Positions 24,417 to 36,952 of a stretch of 64,000 nt of DNA are shown here, piece by piece. A program made the translations under genes and the position numbers. Where the stretch lies: NCBI GenBank assembly GCA_038496445.1, contig JALMLS010000593.1:124001-188000 (forward strand). Direction: 5' to 3'. Numbering within the stretch: the stretch's first letter is position 1; each line of letters begins with the position of its first letter. The stretch comes from Trichosphaerium sp. ATCC 40318 (lineage: Eukaryota; Protista; Tubulinea). Under the pieces are notes generated by a model. It was not told the origin of the DNA. It worked only from the letters and a program-made list of their open reading frames with translations, and ran no database searches.

Positions 24417-24998
24417 ATGGTAGAGTATAGAATAGTAGTCTTTGGTGTTGGCGGTGTTGGTAAATCAGCTTTAACAATAAAGTTTGTTCATAATTTCTTT
24501 GTGGGTAGCTACGATGCTACAATAGAGGACGGATATAGAAAGATTACAACAATTGATGGAGAAAATGCAGTTATTAATATTCTCGATACTGCCGGTCAAG
24601 AAGAGTACTGCGCGCTTAGAGAGACGTACATGTGTTCATCAGATGGTATATTATTGGTATACGACATTACAAACCAGTCCACGTTTGATGATTTGGAGGA
24701 ATTTGTGAGGCAAATACAAAAAACAAGAGGGATAGACAACTTACCTTGTGTTGTTGTTGGAAACAAGTGTGATTTGTACAAAGATAGGCGTATTGATACA
24801 TTAGATGGTAAATACTTTGCTACACGTTTTAATATGCCTTTCTTTGAAGCTTCGGCAAAGAGGAATATTAATGTAGAAAACCCATACTTTGAACTTGTTA
24901 GGGAGATAAGAAAAATAAGAAAAAATGCTGATGAAGAAAATACGAAAAAACCAAGAAAGAAAAAAAGATATGTTAAGCGAAACTGTTCAGTAATGTAG
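24417..24998 (+). CDS. Ras-family small GTPase, intronless
   Basis: GVGGVGKS, YDATIED, DTAGQEEY, NKCD, EASAK, a polybasic tail and CSVM CAAX box. Confidence 0.95.
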   Translation: MVEYRIVVFGVGGVGKSALTIKFVHNFFVGSYDATIEDGYRKITTIDGENAVINILDTAGQEEYCALRETYMCSSDGILLVYDITNQSTFDDLEEFVRQIQKTRGIDNLPCVVVGNKCDLYKDRRIDTLDGKYFATRFNMPFFEASAKRNINVENPYFELVREIRKIRKNADEENTKKPRKKKRYVKRNCSVM

Positions 24999-25904
24999 AC
25001 TAAAAATTCACCAAGAGTTTGTAAATAATGATTCATGTAAATAAATAGTAATTACAGAAAGACAGGTCTACTACAATATGCGAGTCGCACGAAAAAGCAA
25101 TCAGCTTCTTGTTGATTTCACATCAACACAATAAATAGTTAATCAAACCTTAGTTATAGTGTAAATATATATGTACACCACACAGCACAACAATCACGTG
25201 AGTTGTTGGTATTCACGAACAAGCAAAACTTAGGTCAATAGTGATCTTTCCAGCAGAAACTAGATTGTTTTTACTACAAGTCAAACAACTTTAATGAGAC
25301 AAGATTATGTTATCTTTTCGTACTGTTGCACTAGTGACTTACAATATATAGGTTTTTATTTGTCTTAGCTTCTTTTTTTTTAATGGCTTCGAAATAAACA
25401 AAGATTAAGAATAACCACATTGCAACTCTTGAAAAAGAATGTGCAGTTTTGAAGAATGAGAAAGAGAGAGAATAGAAATGTGGTTATGCTTCAACAACAA
25501 TTAGATGAGCAAAAAGAAGAGAATGTTAGGTTGAAACAATTAGTGTTAGAATACTGTGTAAAACAGCAATTGGACACGGCAACCTTGAAAACAAACTTAG
25601 GACTGCAATAAAAAATAACGAAGACCATGTCACGCAACAAATATGCAACGATTGGAAATGGTTTAGGTTATGAGTAACGACTTTTAGCGGGTATTTCTGT
25701 ATAATTTAACACGAGTTGCGAGTTCCGTCAGATCCACATGCTTCTCTTTGTTTGACTTTTTACAATGTTACACCAACTTAAAAATGGGATTTTCGGTCAA
25801 TCTTTTATGGATAATCCGCAAACAACTTATTTTTTTCTTTGAAAAAATTTCAAAATGAGAACATCTTTGTTATACTTGACTGAAGTCTTGGTATTTATTT
25901 TGAA

Positions 25905-28900
25905 CTAATAAGACATGATTTTAAAGCGTAATTTGATCTCTCCATGTACTCTATCATATTTATACGATCTTGCTTTAAGAGGAAACCATCGTTCTGAGTT
26001 TCCATTGAAATCACCTTTTGATAAGTCTATTTCACCCATAAAGTCATCTTTACCGAATGTATCCTTATCTATAACACCAAGTTAATCAAACGAAATATAT
26101 CTAAATATAGAGCAAGTGCACATACCAAAAACCTTGAGTACAATATGATCATGCTCCCTAACGTTCAAGCTAAAGAAGAACAAGTTAATAAAAAATCAAA
26201 AAAAAATCAAGTTAGTACAATTCAAAATCCTGGTGCCAGTGAGGTTCACGTGTGTTTTTAACATATGAAGTTTTACGTTTAATACCGTTATGTACTAAAA
26301 CACAATAAGGATCAGCAGATCCAAAGGTATCCTTTTTAGCAAGACGTCTGCCTTCCATAACTAAAAATTCGTCAAAAAAAAAATGCCTTTTTTCATCAAA
26401 ATAAATTACCTGTTACAACCAATCTTTGAATAGGAAACTTGGATTTTACTTCAGTTGTAACTGTTCTTACTACTGTATTTGTTTGTTGTGGAGGGTACTG
26501 TTGGACTAAACAAAAAATGAGCTACAACGTGTACATTGTGCATGACTTACCCATGACCGACTGTTGCCTGTAGTATGATTGCCAAGCTTGCAATCGTGCG
26601 GCTTCTTCTTGTGCAGCACGTTGAGCTGCTTCTTGCTGCGCAGCTCTACGCTTTGCAGCTTCTTGCTCTTCCTAGCATTTATTTAGGTAATGTTGTAATA
26701 TAACAAACCATACATAGTATTGTTTCCAAGCGGCTTGACGTTTTGCCTCTTCTTGTGCTCTTTGTTGCTCCTACAAAGATGTTAGTGTACCGCATCGTAT
26801 AAGTCATGTACATCAATGAGTCTTCTTTGCCTTTCAGCTTCAAGACGTTGCCTCTCTTGTGCGGCCATGTGCGACTAGTTTCATCATTAGTGACTAATGT
26901 CTAAGCAATAAAAAGTACCATTTGTGCTTCCCAAGCACGTTGTTGTTGAGCTTCAAGCTCTCGCTGTCTTCTCTCTTCTTCTTCTCTTCTTCTCATTTCC
27001 TCTTCCCAACGTCTTCTTTCTTCTTCTTCTTTACGCATTTGCTCTTCTTCCCAAGCCCTACAAGTATTAACAACTCACCATTAAAAAGGTCACTGTACCT
27101 GCGTCTGTTTTCCTCTTCAAGAGCCTTTGCTTCAGCTTGTAGCTTGGCTTCATCCTCTTTATCCTTAAGCAATCTCTCACGCCTCTTCATATCGGCTTCC
27201 CACTGTCTAAGACACGTATAAGCCTTCACTCATTTAAAGAAAAACCCCTTCGACGTACCTTCGTCTTTCTTCTTCCTCAAGCCTCAACTGCTCTCTTTTG
27301 GCTTCCAACCTTGAGAAGTAGTAGTCAACACCACGAGTTATTAGACAAAGAGAATACTACATACTGACGAAGTTCTTCTTGCTTTCTCCGCCTTGCTTCT
27401 TCTTCTTCATGATTCCTACGGCGTCTTTCTGCCTCTTCTCTTTCCATTTGCTCACGCCACTTCTTCTCAGCTTCACTCAACTCTCCCATGACACGAGCCT
27501 TTTCATTGGCCATTTTTTCACGGTTAGCAGCCTCTTGGAGCTCCCATTGTCTTTAACAAATACGTTAGAATAAGGTTAACCATATATCTCAACGGTACCT
27601 TCGTCTTTCGGCTTCTTGTTGTTCCCACTGTTTGTGTTTTTCTTCTTGTTCTTTATCCCATCTTGCCTTTCTCTCAGCTTCTTCTCTAGCCCATTTCTCC
27701 TGCATGAGCCTTTCAGCTTCTTCAAGGATTTTTTTTTGTCTAGCGTCATCATCTTCCACTTCAAGACCTGGATGCTTATTGAACAAATATGCCGTAAAAG
27801 CCAAGTTTAATTTATCATTTCCCTAATACCTAAATTAAACAACTTTTTTATCGTTTTGTGGGTTTTTTGGTGTTGTACCGCTAGGATATCCTCAGGCGTA
27901 ACGAATTTACCACAATCGAGATCCTTTGCATACTTGCAAACCATCTCAGCACGTTTTCTTGGATCAGGTTCTCTTTAAATAAACAATCAGCAAAAACTGA
28001 AGAATCAAATTTCTCTTTACTAACCTGTGTGCACCCTCAGGTACAACATTAGGAGCAATTGCATTAAGCAACACCAAGTAATTTTCACCATCCTATTAAC
28101 AACAACATTTAAAACCACAAAAAAGACGAAGAATCCAAATAAAAAAGCGAAAAGACCAGATTTCTCTGAAACATAAAAAAAAAAAATGTTTCAAAACTAA
28201 ACAACACAAAAGAAAGATATGTTCAGTAAAAGGTAATTCAAAACAAAAGACTAAGGGTACCTTGATATCATTAGAAAAGTTTTTGACACGTCTTGAGTGA
28301 CCCTTTCTCTTCAACTGGTAGTTAAACCAACGTAACAGATTAATCTCTGGTGCCACGTTTATAAATGTATTCAAATCTTCAGAAGGATCAAGCATAGCAA
28401 CAAGTTCTGGATGCTCATCAAGATTAACTTGACTAAGAAGACCAATCTACAAACAACAACGTTAATGAGATGATTTGGTTTTTTATGGCACACGAAAGGA
28501 TTGGTGCCCTGATTTTACGATCAAAACGTGCCTTTACAACTTGCCACACCAAGCCAAGAATTAAATGAGGAGTTCCAGCCGTTAAATCACTGGCACCTAT
28601 GTTAATGACGTTACAACCAATTTGTTTAGCACCCTCGATAGCGAGAGTGTGGTTTGTATTGGTTTCCCAAGTGTTGGCGTTGGGTTTTTTACAAATCGAC
28701 TTTTCTAGGACTGTATGGGCTTTTACAGCATTTATCAATTTACTATGTGCGTCAGACCCACGTTTTATCGGGTTCGTACGGTAAAAGTAATCCCTTAGCG
28801 CAAACGCGGAATAGGGCGTCTGTTGCAGGGTCTATAGGTATGTCTCCAGCCGATGTTAGGTCAGGATCGTCTAACCGCTTTCAATAAAATGATAAAAACC

Positions 28901-29113
28901 GCATGAAAGCGTTACCTTTAAGCATGTAGTTAATGTAGTCTGCAAATGAACGTGTTTCTTCCCTAGAATACGAGTGAAAACCACCATGCGCACCAACATG
29001 CCGATGAACCTATAAAAACGCGTTAGATTCGCTAGTATGCCAACGAAAAATAAAATTGGGGTACGCACATCAGCTGGTGGCGCTTGATTCCACTGAGGGT
29101 TGCCTGATTGCAT
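25905..29113 (-). CDS. Fimbrin/plastin-type CH-CH domain + E/R/K-rich helical linker + C-terminal C2 domain
   Basis: HSYSREETRSFADYIN, AKQIGCNVINIGASDL..GTPHLILGLVWQ, PEINLLRWFNYQL, GNDKLNLAFTAYLFN, then ER/K-rich exons, then C2 (LAKKDTFGSADPY...DKDTFGKDDFMG). Confidence 0.85.
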
Positions 29114-29394
29114 ACGTTGTACAAGTAGTTAGTCGTAGAAGGAACTAAGCTAGCAGATGGCTTAGTATCCTAATTCATGAAAAAAGTGTTGACTTGACAC
29201 AAAACGAGTTGGCGGTTCATCTATTTTGGACGGCAACACGTGCGTACAAAGCATCACTTAACGCCGGCAACACTAACAATGGAACTGATGCTTGTAGGTA
29301 AAACACGCACCCTCCTCTAGGGATACTTGGACATTGACTTGTTGCAAAAAAAACCAAAAAACTAAGTAGTTTATTCATGAATCATGACACCCAA

Positions 29395-30678
29395 CTAAAG
29401 TTGTACACTAAAGAATCTATCACTGTTGGTAGTACTAATAACTTGATATTGCTTTAATTCTCCTTGTTCATTCCACTCCTTATAATCACTCGTTCTTTTT
29501 CCATGTTCAAACGTGCCTTCTACATGTGGCTTCCCGTTGTTGTACCATTGACGACACATACCATGATTTTTGCCGTTTATTTTAAAACTTTCCACGTGTT
29601 TCTGTCCGTTGGGGTGCCAGTAATTGTACTCTCCATCTTCGATACCATTAACCATAGAACACTCTACCCTTGGTTTTCCGTCGCTGTAAAATTGTTTAAA
29701 TGACCCATTTGGTTTTCCGTTTTTTAAAGTGCAAATGAGCTCAATTTTACCGTTATTGTGCCATTGTTTGCACTCTCCTTGGCCGATTCCATCTACAAGA
29801 GGGTGCTCCATAGATAATACACCAGATTCATGCCATTTTTTGTACTCTGTGGCGGTCCGTTCTAGCTTAATTCGACCACTTTGATACCAGCTTTTTTCAG
29901 TAATTTTTTTACCATAGTGCATGTGCTGTATGCTCATTGCTTCGCCGCCTGGGTAGAATGTTTTGAATTCCCCGTGTTGTTTGTTGTGAACATAGTTACA
30001 GGTTAATTGAAGTTGTCCGTTTTCATAAAACTGTTTAAAGTCTCCATGAATCTCATCTTTATGCTTCATACAGTCAATCATAATTTTTCCACTTTTGTAG
30101 TACTGTTTGAACTCGCCTTCTTCGTAACCTTCAACAAACTTGACGTTAACTTTAAGGTTCCCATTTGGATACCATTCACGTAAATCACCGTGATGTTTGT
30201 TTTCTTTAAAGGTCATCTCTTTTCTGAGCTTGCCGTTTTCAAACCAAAACAGAGATTTGCCATGACTTTCGCCGTTTCTCATCATTGATTGCGAACTCAT
30301 TCTTCCTGATTTAAACCAAGTTTTAGCCTCTCCATGGGTTTACCATCTTTGAACTCGCTGCGCTCTCGTAGTATTCCATCTTCATCCCAAATTGAGTTGA
30401 TGCCGTTTCGTCTTTCGTGCTTAAATACTTTGCCGTTTTTGTGCCAAATTATCCATAGACCGCTATGGTTTAGTTCGTTATCATAATGTGTATTGGTGGC
30501 AGCCTTTTTAGCAGAAGAGAAAATTAGAAGGATCACGTTTCAGATCAATATTAATACGTACTTGTCTAGAAAGAACATGATACTTTGAGTATGTTTCTGC
30601 GTTGTAGGTGCATATATGCTTTTGTAATTCATGTGGCAAACTCAGCAGAGTGCTCTTTGGTTGGTTTTGTACGTTCAT
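29395..30678 (-). CDS. F-box + MORN-variant repeat protein; apparent 1-nt frameshift at 30336-30338
   Basis: LLSLPHELQKHIC (F-box-like), intron 30504-30561, then many HG..K.WY.NG repeats. One extra C in the AAACCC run would restore KPHGEAKTWFKSGRMSS in frame. The start is uncertain. Confidence 0.75.
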
Positions 30679-31248
30679 TTGTTTTTTTGTGGCTAGAAGT
30701 ACGTCCATACTTAATATCAAACCGAAGTATGTAATTAAGGCGAGCACGTTTAAGCTGACATTTCAGGTCATTGACCCTTGACTATTCTGTTAACTATTAT
30801 ATTTTGAAGCAGAATATAAATATCCTGGTGGTTTCTGCACTGTTCGAAACTTTGTCTCGATTTCGAAGAAATCACGTGTTTGCAGAGAAAAAATTTACTC
30901 AAAAGGGCCCTGCCAGTTTACAATACGCGAGCAATACAGCCATTCTAAAAATAAAACTTACTGGCATTTCTGTAAATAGACAAGAGATTTTTTGCAAAGC
31001 AATGACATCTGCAATAATAAACCAAAGACAAAATAAAAAACCAGTACCAGACATAAATTGACATTTTGTAAGGGTGGATATCAGTGTTACCTTTCCAGAA
31101 AAACATGAGTTGTAGATTTGTTAGAACCTGAACTCGGTTACTCATAACCTAAATAATTTCAATGCTTTATTTTGATAAAATGGATGCTATCATACACCTA
31201 GTTCACAGTACTCAATTTGAGAATTATAATATTCAAAATTTAAAGTGC

Positions 31249-31298
31249 AAAAAAATGATTAGCTTCTCGTTATTGCGTGTCATCCTTGCGCAGGGGCC

Positions 31299-31330
<32 letters not shown>

Positions 31331-31356
31331 ACATATGCCTTCCCCGAAGGGTCGGC
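31249..31356 (-). ncRNA. U6: U6 spliceosomal snRNA (copy 2)
   Basis: Identical to copy 1 except for one extra G in the 5' stem-loop; about 100 bp of upstream sequence is also conserved. Confidence 0.98.
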
Positions 31357-31774
31357 AGTAGAGCGACTTGTCGTACCATTTTTAAACACAGAACTTTTAA
31401 TTGAGAAAAAAATTGTGGTTTTAAAGAAATGGCATTGCCTTTGCAAAAAATCTGTAGATGTCTGTGGTTGAGGATCACAAAGCATCTCGAGGCCTATGTT
31501 ACTAGCATTCTCCAGAATACCATAGAACATATGCTGGTGTCCAGATTTTGTTTAAAGTAAAATGTATCGTTTGTAGTGAGCGATAGTAAAGAAATGTTTA
31601 ATTGTCTGCAACCTTCTGATACAACAATCGATTTTTTGTACCTAGCACGGTAAACAATAATTCACAATTATACTAACGTCAAACCGGCGTCAAGTGCAAA
31701 ACAATGAGATTACACTAGTAATACTATATTTTTTCTTTTTTTTTTTTGAGTGACACGTGATTAATTATCTTTTT

Positions 31775-34744
31775 TTATGTTGTTGCACGCCAGCCTTTTG
31801 GTTTGAGTAAAATTACAATGATACTAATGTTATCCATAGATCCAAGTTTATACGCTTCAGCACGTAACATTTCAGCGGCACCTTGTGCATCCAATGTCGT
31901 TGGCTTCCTCCACTTTGGTACAAACGTTCGACGGCTAATACAATCATGTGTTAAAATACAACAAAGCCATAAGTGATAAGAAACCATTTAACATACCCAT
32001 AGCCCCGCCAAGGACGTGCTGGAAAATTTCTTGATTTTTTCTTATGATGTAAAACTTCTGAACAAAAAAAATCCAAGTTAGGAACTTTCTAAAAAAAAAG
32101 AACATGAAAGTACCTGTTTCCTCACCAGATTCATCATCTGGTGTGCCGTTTAGGAAATCTTCTACGAATTCTGTAGCATGTTCATCAGTCATAACATCCC
32201 ATAATCCATCACAAGCTAATAACAGTAAACAAAGAGAGTTAGTGGTAAGAGGACATTAAAAAGAGTGCAATACCTAATATTACAAACTCATCGTCGTTAC
32301 ATAGTTGAATACGATTTACACAAGGATCAGCAATTACAGATGGGTGTAGGAACCAATCACCAAAAGCTCTAGAAACAGCCAATACACCACCAACACGTGC
32401 ATCAATTACAACACCACCTACACTCTTTTTTTTTGTTAGATAAGTTACCGTTAAATAAAAAAAAAGTATATCCGTACTTGAACGCGTATGAGCTCATCTG
32501 TATCTGTTGGTTTATGATCAACAGATATTCTATATGTTTTGTTTCCACGACGTATGACACCTCTAGAGTCACCTACATTTCTTTGTTACTACAGACCGAT
32601 ATTTTCTCGATACTGCGGGCAGACTCTTTTAAAACTTTAATGTATTTTTTGTTACATTGAAAAACTGCTTACCTGCGTTTGCCATGTACAATACATTGCC
32701 TTTAAAAAATGCTGTTAATGCTGTAGATCCAATGTATTGAGCCCAATGGAGCATTGTTATATCAATCTCCCAGTAAGTTTTCCTTGAATGAGATGTTAAT
32801 TTCTACAGCTCATTGTAAGATTTTAAATCTGTACCTGTAAGCTTGTAAAACGTCGCCATCACATTCTTCAAGTTTACATCTAAATGCAGTAGCAAACGTC
32901 ATTCCAAGGTAATCTGCAACCTTAATTGTCAGCCACAAACAGCTTTGATGTAATTTGGCAATGTTCTTTTAAGATATTGGGTTATTAACATGTTACCTGT
33001 TTACCACCATGCCCATCAAAAACACAAAATAAATCAGTATCTTGTTGACCATCAAAATCGCCCATAATGAGAAGTTTATCCTCCTGTATAATGTCATTAG
33101 AAATCAGTTAAATAAGTCATAACTTTTTTTGTGTTTTTTTTTGGTTTTTTTTTCAAAAATAAAGATAGTACCATTGTTGGACGTCTACCTATTGTATCCG
33201 CCCAACCAACATCGAATCTTGAGCTTTTTGTTGGTTCAGGGGTCATACAATTCTTAAGCATATTTGTCCACTACATAGTATTGTTTTAGGCCTAATATCA
33301 TACCATCTTTTAATCTTGGAATACGTACTGTAAACTCAACTGGAATAGAAAAATTGAAAGTCTGTTTTTTGTAAGGAATGACATCTAAAATATCTTCTTG
33401 AATGATTTGAGCTGCAATATTATTACGATTAAGTAATGGTTGTAATTTATCATCAATAAGACCCTCATCAAACTCATTACCTTTAAAAAACACCATTAGA
33501 AGATAATATAGAGCGTGTCATTCAAGTCAACCATTGCGTTGACTTTTGGCCCAGAAAAACAAAAAAAAATTGGGCGACATTTTGACCGCAATGGTTGACT
33601 TGAATAATGAGCTTAATACAATGGTAAGAAGGTTAAATATTTAAATACATACCACGTAAGTCTAAAAATAGTAAATGACATGCATCTTTGACACATGTCA
33701 CAATTCTATCAAATCCTTTCTCCGTTATATAATTATGTCTAAAGTCAATTGTTGTAAGGTATCTGTTCTTTTCAATAAGCTTCACAAGCCCAGGTACAGC
33801 TAAATCATCGCCGCTCACTTTACGTAAACCAAGATACTGTATAGTAGAATTACAATGAAGACCCTGAAAGAGCATTTGCAAGCCCTACAAATAAGAATCA
33901 ATGAAACGACATTAACAATTTTTTGAGAAAAAAAAATAAGAAAAAAAAAAGCCCATGCGCTAGCGTAGGTATCACGATCCTAGCTATAACTGTAAGGGAG
34001 TTATTCATAGATATCCCGGCTATCCCTACTCAAACACGTGTTTGACGCAACGAATTTACCGAAATAACGTACAACGCTTCTCAAGGAATTATCAGAAAGG
34101 TCAACGCGAACCAAATGGTGATTAATTAAAAATAATTTTTTAAGGACTACACATGATATACTCGGTATTTCACAGCCTACCTAAAACAATACAGGTTACT
34201 ACCATTGTCATAGACGTAATACAAAGTCGTTTTAAAAAATTTTGCGAACAAATGTGTATGACACTGACGTCAAACGTACCAAACGGAGCCCTGTAATGGC
34301 TTGATGATACTGAACTATTTTACACAAGGCGTGGGTGGCTACTTCCTAAGATAAATATTTGTTTGAGCTGTTTCATGTGTTATGTAGTTTTTACGTACGC
34401 CAACGTACGCGCCACTCAGATCCAGAGTGAAAGGGTACGCAAATTTATCAACCTACGCCCAAATCGTCATTTATGTCATCAAAGAGGTTTAACTATTCGT
34501 TACCTTATTCATTGCGCTAATAAAATTTGTTTCTGCCTCACTCCAACGGGAATCGCGTGTTTCCTTAAGACAATCCATAAACACCTCCCGAAACGCCGTT
34601 AAAACACATTGGGCACCTATACACGTCAAATGTGACGCCAGATGAACCATTTTTTGTAAAAGCACCGAAAATTTTAAATTGTTCTGAATTAGCCGTACCT
34701 TCACTTGAGGGCCTACCAACAACTTTGTTGACAACGTTACCCAT
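31775..34744 (-). CDS. PP2C/PPM protein phosphatase with N-terminal RNI-like leucine-rich repeats
   Basis: IGRRPTM-ED, VFDGHGG, ANAGDSR, GVLAVSRAFGD, LACDGLWDVM, GSMDNISIIVI; LRR exons such as LTTIDFRHNYITEKG; starts MGN. Confidence 0.85.
33520..33605. repeat. Intronic hairpin / MITE-like element with 19-bp perfect inverted repeats
   Basis: ATTCAAGTCAACCATTGCG (33520-33538) and CGCAATGGTTGACTTGAAT (33587-33605), with an inner GCCCA/TGGGC pair, inside intron 33481-33652. Confidence 0.8.
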
Positions 34745-34950
34745 GCCAAGCGCTCTCACTCCAAACCCTCCTTAATAACGACTTTATAAACCAACACACT
34801 ATTGTAGGCACCACATTGGCACTACTTGATCGCTTTTGGGGGTAACTGAAGTGATTGTAGCCAAATAAAATGTCGAAGAAAGTTCTTGAAAACTGTTAAC
34901 ATTTGGGAAGAAAAAAAAACGTGACATGTGGCACAATCTTAACGTTTTTA

Positions 34951-36780
34951 CTACATGGAAAATAATGGTACAAAGGTCGAGATGTCATAAGGCGCGTACA
35001 ACATCAGAAGACGGTGCCATAAGCGATAAAGACGGAAACACCTGCGATTGCTTTGACAATAGGGCCGTTGCTCCGCTTGGAGAGTAAATATCCATATCAG
35101 GCCTAATTGAGCACGTGAGTACAAAAAATCTTGATTGGCTAAAACCGACCTGTAAAACGCTATTGTAGCTGCAATTGCTGATTCAGAGCCGTCCCACCAG
35201 TAAGGAATTGGTACAACGGTGATACCTTAAAGGTTATTGTAAGCATCAAGATAAACTGAAATCTCTTACCATGTTGTTGGCAAACAAGCTTTTTTTCTCC
35301 ATCTCGTTGTTCTCTCATTGAAGCTAGTCCATATAATCGTGGGTTATCATAGTAGTGTTGTTCACCTTGATATTCTACTGCAATACTATATTTTGGAACA
35401 AACACATCAAGAGTCACTACTCCAAAGCTGTTGTCTTTAGGCATACCGAGCTGATATTCTTCTAATACTTCAATACCATTGAGTACCTTTTGAACCACCT
35501 GGAACAATGTCCTAACATCTCTTAGAGAATAACAAGCAAGCAGGACAATACCTTTGAACAGCCTTTTTTGTCAGTTCAGTAAAATGTCCTAACGACCATG
35601 ACATGCTGGGGTACATCACGTTTAATAGACTAGGCCAATGCTTAAGCATACCCTTTCCACATAAGGAAGCAACTTGAGATTGAGATATGCGATACCTAAT
35701 ATAAAACGTAAATCACGTGCAAAACCATGTGCAAGTATCGTACCAGTTTTCAGGCTCGTTAATACCAAGCATTGATTCAGCTTTCTTCAGGAACCTGACA
35801 TATTCTGATAGTGACTGTCGTGTGCGAGGCACTGGCTTTATGAGGTTACTACTACTTTCAGGATAGATAAACGAAATAGCATCAAGCAGTGATCCACCAT
35901 AAAACCTATAATCAGTCAAGTTAGTACTAAGCTTTCATACACTTTAATACGTTCTTTTCAATAATTTGAAACACTTCAGCAGGAAGGTCTGATTTAAAGA
36001 CTGTTTGCCATACATCTAAGGTTGAAGTTCTCAAATCACGTGAAACTGTATCAAACAAATGACGATGATAGGCTTTTGTAACATTTGATGGTTTATCAGA
36101 AGCTTGACGTTTGTTAATATCACGTGATTGTTGTTTTTTATGTCGGTTGATTGATTGTGCATGAATTGATTGTGGAGGTTCAGAATACTCAAGAGTAAAG
36201 TCATACACTGCCTGTATTGTATTCTTGATAGATTTATGTCGATTTACAATTGCAGAGGCGCCTAGTTTTGATAGTTGATGACGTGACACACGTGCCCAAT
36301 CATGATAAGTGTAACAATTCAAACGAGCACTTATACAATCCAATTTATAACGTTGATGTGAAATGTCATTCCAATACTTTTTAGGCATGTTTCTTTTGAC
36401 AGGTGTGTTAAATTAGAGTAGCTCAGTACTACAAACGTACTGTGAGGTGTCTTGTCCTGCAATTGAAGGGAAAGTTTCAGTGATAGCGTGGTGTAATGAG
36501 CCATTGTACCTGGCAGATGTAAAAACAGTGTTAACCACTATGCTTAGTACCTGTCAAGTATGGGTTGACCTCCGTGCCGCACAAAATCGCCGTGTGTAAC
36601 GTTAAACCATTCATTTGGCGATTTTATGCTTAATTTTGCCCCAATGCGCTCCATAAAGCGTTTATTGTACGTAATTTGAGCATTGGGCATTTGAGTACGT
36701 TTTTTTTTAGAAATTGCTTCTACACCACCGCTAGACACTCTAGTCGCTGTTCTCCTGATAGCACTACTATGTAGACGCAT
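34951..36780 (-). CDS. Repeat protein with a C-terminal RAP/PD-(D/E)XK-like domain, possibly organelle-targeted
   Basis: R/S-rich N-terminus; W-containing repeats (EWFNV...GG..L, YW.D...QR, ENWY); C-terminal LDVFVPKYSIAVEYQGEQHY...RDGEKK..C...GITVVPIPYWW. Confidence 0.65.
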
Positions 36781-36952
36781 TATGACCTACATGTAGGTTT
36801 ACCCTTTCAATGACTTCAAAACAGCCAACGAAACAGCAAGTCTAGTAATCCAAACGCTTAAGTTGATGCTGACAAATGGTGGGTAACAAAATATCTGACG
36901 TTTAAGTAATTTTACAATATTGTACAACTGTTTTTTCTCCAACTGACCTCTA

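Noticed and set aside
25383-25610. Coiled-coil-like coding fragment on the + strand
   Set aside because: Interrupted by stops and too short and low-complexity to call.
36787-36800. Palindrome ACCTACATGTAGGT just upstream of the ATG at 36780
   Set aside because: A single short occurrence with no supporting context.
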